Assembly (NCBI GenBank): GCA_964009815.1 | Contig: CAXGJQ010000003.1 | Span: 1-32,573 of the forward strand | Direction: 5' to 3' | Length of the DNA stretch: 32,573 bases | Origin: an uncultured Candidatus Poseidoniales archaeon | GTDB lineage: Archaea > Thermoplasmatota > Poseidoniia > Poseidoniales > Poseidoniaceae | Shown: piece after piece, positions 25,305 through 32,573 of the stretch | Numbering within the stretch: position 1 is the stretch's first letter | How the letters are laid out: each line of letters starts with the position of its first letter | The notes under the pieces: model-generated | Seen by the model: only the letters and a program-made list of their open reading frames with translations | The model's database searches: none | Told to the model about the DNA's origin: nothing | Position numbers and translations under genes: made by a program

Positions 25305-28300
25305 TCAAGGTTGGTTTTGTTCCAGCCATTGGTGCCCGTAGTGCTTCCACTGCTCCATGGTCCAACCAGCGGGCAAGCCACCTGCTGGGAGTGGAGGCGT
25401 GTTGTCTTCAGCCGCAGGCGCTGGCATCTCTGGTGCAGGAGCGGGTGCAGCCGCTGAGGCTGGCGAGGGCATTGAGGTTGGAATCGAAGGAGCAGCCGCG
25501 ACGGCACCGTATGTAGCCGCCAAACTGTCTTCGTAGCCATCTTCGCCCCAGTTAGCGTACTCGTCTTCCTCTTCCTCGGTGTTGAGAATGGAGAGGAGTA
25601 CAATCACGCCGCCGACGAGGATCAAGATGAATACACCCCAAAGGGCGATGACCTCAAGTTGGAAACCGGATTCATCCGACGTAGCCTCGACGTTGGAATC
25701 CAAGCGAACGAGGGTGACCTCCAACACTGCGTTAGCGGCATCGCTCACCGTTTCTGAGCGAGCCCAGACGGTCAGGTTCACCGTGAGTGAGTCGCCGTTG
25801 AGGTTCTTGAGTGAGGTTTCGGTGACATCAACCGTGATGGTGATTTCTTTGGTTTCCCCGGTGGCCAAAGTGAAGTCTTTGTCCAGTCGGGCAATGGACG
25901 AACTGAACCAATTGTTTCCTTCGCTTGCATCGAGGTCCATCACGACACGCTGACCTGTTGTGTATTGATTGACAATACGAACGGTCACCTCGTACTCGCC
26001 TTCCTCAACCACTTCGAGCGGCGGGATGGCGAAGATACGGAGCCAATCCTGTGAGCCAACCAAATAGACGGCCTCCCCTGTGGCACTGATGCTGCCGTCT
26101 GAGGTGCTGGTGGCAATGACTTGGAGGGGCAGGCTTCCTTCGGTGCCCTCCACAAAGGAAAATTCAACCGAAACGTTGTAGCTTGCTCCGATGTCAATTT
26201 CTGGCGTGTTGCCGCTGATGAGGTTGGTGAAAGCGGCGTTCATGCCAGTTGGTGCGTTCAACGTCATGGCAAAGCTGTCTGGATTGTTTCCATCGTTGCG
26301 GACTTCAAAGGACATCGTTTGGGGAAGGTCGCCCGGAATGTAGGATTGACCTGTTTCTTCATCGGAAACAAAGACGGCGGCCGTTTCAAGGATCTCAATG
26401 ATGAGTTCAATGGAGTCATACACCGTTTCGTCGTCTACGCTTGTCGCCGTGACGGTCACAGAATAGAATCCGGGGCTAAGTCCGATGGGCATGGCCAGTT
26501 GGACCACAATTGTGGACTCGCCATCCCATGCATCCAAAACTGGAGACTGGTCTGACGGGAGCGAGGCTTGCAAGCGCCAGTTGCTTTGACCGATGCTCAG
26601 ATTGTATTGCTCATCGTCGTTGCCAAGGTTGAACAGGTCAAGGTAGAGGGCTTTGGAAATGCCATTGGCAGCGCCGGAGAAGGTGTTTTCTTCAGCCACA
26701 ATTTCCACATGACGGAGAACTGGGACCTCGATGTTTCGAACCAACACATCCGTACCAAAGAGTGCCGTGCTGCATGACGGGCAAGTAGCACGGAGGTTGA
26801 AGGAGACCGTCCCAGGATTGGCCAATTCAGGTGAGGAGAGGTTCAACACCAAATCCACACGTTCACCCTTGTAGAGCGTGAGGGGGTTGGATTGAATGAC
26901 TCCAGTGTCGTTCTGAATGAGTCCAACCCAACCAGAATTGTCGGAAAAGGTCGTAGCGAGGTTGAACGCAGCATCTCGGTTTCCTGTGTTTTGAAGTCGG
27001 AAATTCACCAGCCCATAATCATCGGGCCCTATGGTCGCTGCGAAGAGCGGGACGGTAGAGGTCAACGCCACGCTGAACTGTTCGCTGACAGCCAAATCCA
27101 TGCCGATGCGGGCTTTTTCTCCAAGTTGAGCACTGCTGGCATCGGTGAGCCAGAGGTTCCAATCTTGTTGTTGCACCTCGGCCCCTGCGGGGACGGTCAA
27201 GTTGGCCCAAAACTCGATCGTTTTACCGGCACCGAGCGGTGGCATGATGACGTTTGTTCCGTGGCTGCTGCTGCCTTCAATGTCCATTCGGATGATGGGG
27301 AAAGGCACCATCCATGAGTCGTTGGTGACGTTGGTCTGAAGACGGATGGTGGCTGGGGCGTAGCCGTTATTGGTCAAGGTACAGTAGAGGTTCGCCATTT
27401 GATTTGGAGCGACGGTGTAGCCGTTAAGCGGGTTGTCGCACTGCATGTCGACGGTGTAGTCGGTGACACGGCTAACACCAAAGTGAACGAAATCATCAAC
27501 GTGGAAACCTTCGCTGGCGACACTGCTGTCAGAAGTGAACAAGACACTGAACGTGTAGGAACTGCCACCGAGGAACACCTCTGGGTTGGCGAGGTTGGGA
27601 ATTTGTTCCCACGTCACTTGTGGGTCCCACGAGAGGTTGGTCCACTGGCCTGGAGCAGCGCTGGGGTTTCCTTGGGAGATGTCCCATGAGACGGATTCAA
27701 AATTATCTTGAAGATTGCCTGAGCCTCGCCAAAGTTCCATGGAGACCGAATCGCCAGCCGCCATGCTCCCCCATGCTTGGAGGTGGAACTGGCTGGAAAC
27801 GAATTCGTTGGAGTAGAACAAAATTCGGCAGATACCCACGCCGTAGACGTTCTGGGTCAGTCCGGTGTCGGGTGCGTCGGTATCGCACGTGTTGGAGGTG
27901 GCAACACGAGCATGAACGAGCCTCGTTGCTTCGGCGTTTGAGGGGTAGTTACTTCCCGGGGAAGAATGACGCCAGTGATCGTTTCCTTTGGCACTGCTCG
28001 TGGACTCCGTTTGCCAGGAACCCTGAGACTGTGCATCTCCTCCTGCAGCCGGGTACTTGCCCGAGAAGAAGGTTGGATTGCCGTTGACCGCTGGGGATTC
28101 CATCGAAAGGGCATTCACGGCGACTGGGACGGTCTTGTCGCGCTGGTCATTGGTGTTCTTGTCGTCGTCGGCAAAGTTCACGGTGGCACGAATGATGAGA
28201 CCGCCGGACAAATCGTTGGTCGTGGTGTTAAGGATGGAGTGAGCAGCCGAAGGCGTCCATTCGATGACCTGGTTGAAGGATTGGCCTCCTGTCAGCGGAT

Positions 28301-28643
28301 TGGTGGTAAAATCAAACGATTCCATCACGAAACCAACGGGGTGAACAATGTCCACAGAAACCGGTGCAGCATCGCCGATACCTGAGGCCCCAAAGCGCTG
28401 CACTGAAACCGTAATCTCAATCTCATCGTCCTGGAAGATGTAATCCATGACCGTCCCGTCGGATTGCACCCATTGGTCGGCAGGAGCCGTGGCGTTTCCA
28501 ACCGTGATGGATTTCACGGTGAAATCGTCGTTTGTTCCGCCGCGCCCGGAGGCGGCTTCGGCAGGAACGACCAAATTCATAGCAAGCGTTTGCATCAAGA
28601 GCAGCATAACAATGGTGAAGGGCATCATTCGGCGCATGGACAT
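25305..28643 (-). CDS. large secreted, C-terminally anchored surface protein with tandem Ig-like (CARDB/NEW3-like) repeats
   Basis: Signal peptide ending AEA; a Trp-rich beta domain ending FTSDSSVASEGFHVDD; repeated N-x-G-N modules (NNGY, NTGN, NLGN, NDGN); a TM helix; an acidic and Pro/Ala linker; terminal GLPAGWTMEQWKHYG. Start is 28643 or 28637. Confidence 0.88.
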   Translation of the reverse strand: MSMRRMMPFTIVMLLLMQTLAMNLVVPAEAASGRGGTNDDFTVKSITVGNATAPADQWVQSDGTVMDYIFQDDEIEITVSVQRFGASGIGDAAPVSVDIVHPVGFVMESFDFTTNPLTGGQSFNQVIEWTPSAAHSILNTTTNDLSGGLIIRATVNFADDDKNTNDQRDKTVPVAVNALSMESPAVNGNPTFFSGKYPAAGGDAQSQGSWQTESTSSAKGNDHWRHSSPGSNYPSNAEATRLVHARVATSNTCDTDAPDTGLTQNVYGVGICRILFYSNEFVSSQFHLQAWGSMAAGDSVSMELWRGSGNLQDNFESVSWDISQGNPSAAPGQWTNLSWDPQVTWEQIPNLANPEVFLGGSSYTFSVLFTSDSSVASEGFHVDDFVHFGVSRVTDYTVDMQCDNPLNGYTVAPNQMANLYCTLTNNGYAPATIRLQTNVTNDSWMVPFPIIRMDIEGSSSHGTNVIMPPLGAGKTIEFWANLTVPAGAEVQQQDWNLWLTDASSAQLGEKARIGMDLAVSEQFSVALTSTVPLFAATIGPDDYGLVNFRLQNTGNRDAAFNLATTFSDNSGWVGLIQNDTGVIQSNPLTLYKGERVDLVLNLSSPELANPGTVSFNLRATCPSCSTALFGTDVLVRNIEVPVLRHVEIVAEENTFSGAANGISKALYLDLFNLGNDDEQYNLSIGQSNWRLQASLPSDQSPVLDAWDGESTIVVQLAMPIGLSPGFYSVTVTATSVDDETVYDSIELIIEILETAAVFVSDEETGQSYIPGDLPQTMSFEVRNDGNNPDSFAMTLNAPTGMNAAFTNLISGNTPEIDIGASYNVSVEFSFVEGTEGSLPLQVIATSTSDGSISATGEAVYLVGSQDWLRIFAIPPLEVVEEGEYEVTVRIVNQYTTGQRVVMDLDASEGNNWFSSSIARLDKDFTLATGETKEITITVDVTETSLKNLNGDSLTVNLTVWARSETVSDAANAVLEVTLVRLDSNVEATSDESGFQLEVIALWGVFILILVGGVIVLLSILNTEEEEDEYANWGEDGYEDSLAATYGAVAAAPSIPTSMPSPASAAAPAPAPEMPAPAAEDNTPPLPAGGLPAGWTMEQWKHYGHQWLEQNQP

Positions 28644-28714
28644 CAGCAAACTTGCCCAACACGATTGAGCATAAGAAGGTCGCCTTCTGATGGGCTATGC
28701 AAACAGGCCAAAAA

Positions 28715-29965
28715 TCATGGTTTGTCAGAGGATTCTACATCAAATCCTCGAATCACCGGCTCGTTATGCGAGGGCGGCTGGGTTGCCTCAGTGGGTGGTG
28801 AAGCAGAAGGGCTCGAAAGGAGAGCATCAATGTCCAAATCATCAACCATCGAAGGGCTATCTTGGACCGACTCCGGTGGAGATTGGGGTTGTTGAACCGC
28901 GGGAATCATCACGTGTTGAATCATGGCAGGTGCGTAGGTGGGAGCGGCTTGGGTTGATTGGGACTGAGCCACTTCAGCGGCCAATTGATTCAACCCTGCA
29001 GAGAGTGAATCCAACTGTTCCTGCGTATCCTCGTCGATTCGAGACGAGCTGGGACGCATCCATGCCGGTGGTTCACCTGCGCCCCCTCCAAGAACCGCCA
29101 AGGTGGTAAAGGCCGCCATTGGCATGACGGCCAGCGCCGTAATGAGATTCAAAAACGAGGTCTCAGGAGTCGTACCTGCCGAAATCAGCGACTCAAACAA
29201 TTGCTTCTCAAAGGCAATGTTGAGGGCCACATCTTCGCCAAGGACACGCTGAACAATGTAGGATGAGAGTTGACCCATCGACCATAGCAAGAAGATAGGA
29301 AAGGCCCAAGAGATCCTTAACGTATTTCCTAGGAATTTTCTTCCGAGGGAAGCCAGCGTAATGTAGCGGCGGGCAAATCCCGGGAAAATTCGAATGGAGA
29401 TGTAAAGGCACATCACGTACAAAAGCAACGCCATTTCGAGCTGTCGGTTTTGATGGACCACACCTTCTGGAAACAATAACACCAACGAAAGAGGAATGGT
29501 CGCCAGCATGACCTGAAATGGAATGGCCAGCAAAACAAGAGAACCCCGTATGGTCCAAAGAGCATGGCCTGAAGCAAACCGGTCGTAAACCAGCGTCGAG
29601 AGTTGCCCATGAGCGGAAGAGGCGTAGTTTTGTCGTGCCGTAAATTGGTGGACCTTACTCCCTTTGTGACGAGTCAACCCTAAGGCGAGTCGCCATCCAC
29701 CTGCATCGATGACTCGAATCGGTGTGAAGCCACCCATGCCGAGGGCGAGCAAAAGGGCCAGCATGCCGTAAAACAAGGAAGCCATCCCTATCCATGGAAT
29801 CATGTCCACTTCGATGGTCAGTCGGAAATCGCCTCCGCTGGCTGAAAAACCAAGCAAATACGTCAGGGCAAAAGCCGCCATGGGCGTGAGGAAAATTTGA
29901 CCGAGCAATTGCCCTGTCAAACCGACACGGGCAAGCAAAGACCCTACAGCAGGCCGGTCTTCCAT
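28715..29965 (-). CDS. hypothetical multi-pass membrane protein
   Basis: About six hydrophobic segments and a low-complexity Q/P/S/D tail. Start set at MEDRP (29965) to avoid overlap with the upstream gene. Confidence 0.82.
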   Translation of the reverse strand: MEDRPAVGSLLARVGLTGQLLGQIFLTPMAAFALTYLLGFSASGGDFRLTIEVDMIPWIGMASLFYGMLALLLALGMGGFTPIRVIDAGGWRLALGLTRHKGSKVHQFTARQNYASSAHGQLSTLVYDRFASGHALWTIRGSLVLLAIPFQVMLATIPLSLVLLFPEGVVHQNRQLEMALLLYVMCLYISIRIFPGFARRYITLASLGRKFLGNTLRISWAFPIFLLWSMGQLSSYIVQRVLGEDVALNIAFEKQLFESLISAGTTPETSFLNLITALAVMPMAAFTTLAVLGGGAGEPPAWMRPSSSRIDEDTQEQLDSLSAGLNQLAAEVAQSQSTQAAPTYAPAMIQHVMIPAVQQPQSPPESVQDSPSMVDDLDIDALLSSPSASPPTEATQPPSHNEPVIRGFDVESSDKP

Positions 29966-30023
29966 GGGCTTGAGCGAACGCCGACTTTTCTCAAAGGTTG
30001 CCCTTGTAAACCTCGCCAAAGGT

Positions 30024-30623
30024 CTATTCTTCCTCCACAAGCGGTTCTTGGAGGGGTTCAGCCAGAGGATAGCCATCGGTCATGAGAAGGCGAAAGAAAC
30101 CTGCAATTCGCCCATCGGAGCGAGGGCGCCCGAGGTCGGGGCGAGCGGTTCGAGAAAGCACAGCGTCGCATGTTGAACATGAAATGCTCTGCAGCCCCCA
30201 CATTGGCTGAGGGACACTGCAACAGGGTTCGGTACGCGACCGGTTCATGACCGATTGCAACTCCACAGCAAGCTTGTTGCTCCAAGGTGCAGGACGCCCT
30301 GCGACAAGCAATTGCAGGCGTGAAAGCATCATCCAACTCGACGACACCCAAAGGCCGAATCCAAAAACGGCTGAGCCCCAACGCAAACTCGCCGCCCCGA
30401 AGGCGAGGACGAGGGCGCCGAGAACAAAACTCAACCAATAGAAGGAACGCATGTGAAGAACGCGCTGGGTCAAGTAAGGCGAAAGCGGAACGGGATCCGG
30501 GTGAGGCGGAAATCGACGATTAAATCCTCGAGCACGGGTCATCCACAACGTAGGCAAACGCGGTCCGACGTGTCCGATGCTGGCTCCTAAGGTGAACAAC
30601 GCCAAGGTTCCAACGACCGACAC
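30024..30623 (-). CDS. hypothetical membrane protein with CC-x13-CxxC motif
   Basis: 199 aa with three hydrophobic segments, then PCCSVPQPMWGLQSISCSTC. GTG start with SD-like GAGG, 10 bp after the aminotransferase stop. Confidence 0.8.
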   Translation of the reverse strand: MSVVGTLALFTLGASIGHVGPRLPTLWMTRARGFNRRFPPHPDPVPLSPYLTQRVLHMRSFYWLSFVLGALVLAFGAASLRWGSAVFGFGLWVSSSWMMLSRLQLLVAGRPAPWSNKLAVELQSVMNRSRTEPCCSVPQPMWGLQSISCSTCDAVLSRTARPDLGRPRSDGRIAGFFRLLMTDGYPLAEPLQEPLVEEE

Positions 30624-30633
30624 GAACCTCGCC

Positions 30634-31782
30634 TCATGCTTGTTGCAGGCGGTTCAGGGTCGCCTCGACCTTATCCATGCCTCGAATGATGTCCTCTTGA
30701 CTGATGGTGTATGCAAATCGAAGATGACCCTCGCCGGAGGGACCAAACGCACTCCCTGGGGAGCACAGCACGCCATCCCTCAACAATTCCATGGCGACTT
30801 CTTCGGAAGACATCCCAGGCACATCCACTTTGGGGAAGACATAGATGGCCCCTTTGGGGCGGTGACATTGCACACCGGGCATGGCGTTCAACCGGTCGAC
30901 GATGAGGTTGCATCGCTTCTGGAATTCAGTCGCCATCATCGATGGGTAATCGTCGGCTTTCTCCATGGCTTCAAGGACGGCGTATTGCATCGCATCGTTG
31001 GAACACGCAGAGATGTAGTATTGGATTTTAATCACCTGCTTCATGGCTTCAAGATTGGTTGAAATGATGTAGCCAATGCGCCAACCGGTCATCGCAAAGG
31101 TCTTGGAAAAGGAATTGACCACCATCACCTTGTCATAGCCAGTCCCCATGAACGAGACGTGGTCTTCTTCAAACACAATGCGGTCGTAGACTTCGTCGGA
31201 GATGATCCATAAATCATGCTTCTTTGCAAAGGCGAGAAGGTCATCTCGCTGTTGCTCGTCGAGCGTTCCCCCGGTAGGATTGCTTGGGAAATTGTAGAGG
31301 ATGGCCACCGTGTGTTCGTCCACCATCTCCTCAAGGTCAGCCACCTGGGGGATGAATTCATGCTCGAACAAACACGGGTAATATTTCGCTTCCCCGCCAA
31401 CAAGGGTTGCATCCGGACCGTAGAGTGGAAAGTAAGGTTCGGGCAGGAGGATGTTTTGTCCGGGATTGATGAGGGTCATGAAGAGGTTGAGCAGCGCATT
31501 GGTACCCGACATTGTCATGCAAACATTGTTTTCATCCATGCCGGTTTGATACGCCGACCACGAGGCGGCGATTTTCTCTCGCAGAGCGGGCAATCCAGCG
31601 GTGGTGGTGTATTTGTTACGGCCATCGAGCATGGCTTGGTAAAAGGCTTCAATGGCTACCTTTGGAGGTTGAAAATCAGGCTCACCAAGTCCAAACGAGA
31701 TGACATCGTCTCCCGCCAAATCGAACATCTTGCGTACGCCGGTTGGCTGAATCGCAAGAGCACGGTCGCTGAAGGTGCCCAT
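30634..31782 (-). CDS. PLP-dependent aminotransferase class I/II (aspartate aminotransferase-like)
   Basis: GEPDF, PSNPTG, SDEVY, the PLP-lysine motif SFSKTFAMTGWRIG, PGSAFG and HLRFAY. Start MGTFSDRA at 31782. Confidence 0.95.
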   Translation of the reverse strand: MGTFSDRALAIQPTGVRKMFDLAGDDVISFGLGEPDFQPPKVAIEAFYQAMLDGRNKYTTTAGLPALREKIAASWSAYQTGMDENNVCMTMSGTNALLNLFMTLINPGQNILLPEPYFPLYGPDATLVGGEAKYYPCLFEHEFIPQVADLEEMVDEHTVAILYNFPSNPTGGTLDEQQRDDLLAFAKKHDLWIISDEVYDRIVFEEDHVSFMGTGYDKVMVVNSFSKTFAMTGWRIGYIISTNLEAMKQVIKIQYYISACSNDAMQYAVLEAMEKADDYPSMMATEFQKRCNLIVDRLNAMPGVQCHRPKGAIYVFPKVDVPGMSSEEVAMELLRDGVLCSPGSAFGPSGEGHLRFAYTISQEDIIRGMDKVEATLNRLQQA

Positions 31783-31816
31783 AGCGTGGCCACATCCGCC
31801 TTGCATTTCAATGCAA

Positions 31817-32572
31817 TTACGATTTAGGGGGTTTGGACTTCCCCTTTGGTTCAACTTCCGGAGGCGTGTCAACATTCAACAGAACCGCATCTGTAATTTG
31901 GGGTTCTGTCAACGAATGGAGGTGAGAGGGCGGGTCAATGCGAGCTCCTTGAACCAACAAACCGATGAGGATTACCACGACCAAAAGCAGGCTCAAGGAA
32001 ATCAGGTCAACGCCGAGTCCAGCCATGCCGTCATTGTCCGCACCCGTTCCCATAACGGTGCTGAACACCGGTAGTGAAGGAGCGCCTTGGTCGTTAAGGC
32101 CTCGGATTTCAATCGTCTGGTTACCTTTGTCAAGAAGGGCTGGATTGAGGGCGACGACCCATTCAAAGCGTTCCAGTGCTGCTAAACCACCTTCGGTTGT
32201 TTCGTAGGTCGCTTCCGTCCAAGCACCGTCGTTGATGCGGAATTCTACGCTTGCTATCGAACCGGCCTGACCCCAAGCCATGCCTCTTACCTCGTAAAGA
32301 CCAGTGGAGGAATTCATGCTGGAATTGGTTATGTGAACTTGAGAAAACACATCAACCGTGCCAGTCAGGTTCTGTTCGGCCAAGTACATTGAGAGATGAA
32401 CGGCCTTGTAAGCGTCCACCATGCCCCAGCCAAAGTCTCGATTCCAAAACGGGTCAACCGCCGCATTTGATGGCTCGCCACGTCGCTCAGCGGTGAGCTT
32501 GAGGATTTCCTTCATCTCGGCGGTTGTGAGGTCGGGGTTGGCTTCGATCATCATGGCGAGGATGCCCGAAAC
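31817..32572 (-). CDS. S8 family (subtilisin-like) serine protease, C-terminal part with Ig-like domain and membrane anchor (5' end outside the window)
   Basis: Frame is open to the edge. VSGILAMMIEANPDLT...EILKLTA and FGWGMVDAYKAV match the subtilase segment after the catalytic Ser, followed by a VEFRINDGAW Ig-like domain and a TM helix. The catalytic triad is not visible. Confidence 0.85.
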   Translation of the reverse strand, partial: VSGILAMMIEANPDLTTAEMKEILKLTAERRGEPSNAAVDPFWNRDFGWGMVDAYKAVHLSMYLAEQNLTGTVDVFSQVHITNSSMNSSTGLYEVRGMAWGQAGSIASVEFRINDGAWTEATYETTEGGLAALERFEWVVALNPALLDKGNQTIEIRGLNDQGAPSLPVFSTVMGTGADNDGMAGLGVDLISLSLLLVVVILIGLLVQGARIDPPSHLHSLTEPQITDAVLLNVDTPPEVEPKGKSKPPKS

Positions 32573-32573
32573 G

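Noticed and set aside
1-32573. Mobile elements, integrases, CRISPR arrays or defence systems
   Set aside because: No transposase, integrase or Cas motifs, terminal repeats or repeat-spacer arrays were seen; Hef is a housekeeping repair enzyme.

Overview
Archaeal core-genome window, most consistent with Marine Group II Euryarchaeota (Ca. Poseidoniales, Thermoplasmatota). The taxonomy is inferred from the archaeal-type ribosomal proteins, thermosome and Hef, and from a large surface protein ending in a GLPxGWTMEQW-type tail. Almost every gene is on the minus strand. Reading from right to left: the C-terminal part of a membrane-anchored S8 protease (cut by the window edge), a class I/II aminotransferase, two hypothetical membrane proteins, a 1.1 kaa Ig-repeat surface protein, a thermosome subunit, and a two-gene redox unit. 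That unit is a ferredoxin-flavodoxin-SdhB-like fusion plus an HdrB/SdhE-like gene, and its SdhB- and HdrB-like parts have lost nearly all Fe-S cysteines. Next come Hef helicase/nuclease (the only plus-strand gene), the full L3-to-secY ribosomal protein cluster (with aIF1/SUI1, Rpp29 and an S14 gene missing from the ORF track), two tandem paralogous 2-TM proteins, and the 5' end of a 16S rRNA gene at the left edge. The best novelty candidates are the cofactor-stripped SdhB/SdhE scaffold carrying intact ferredoxin and flavodoxin, a structured 5' leader upstream of rpl3, a SecY with about four extra N-terminal helices, and a SAP-domain-fused L32e. No mobile element, CRISPR array or tRNA was recognised. 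All calls come from reading motifs by eye; no database search was run.
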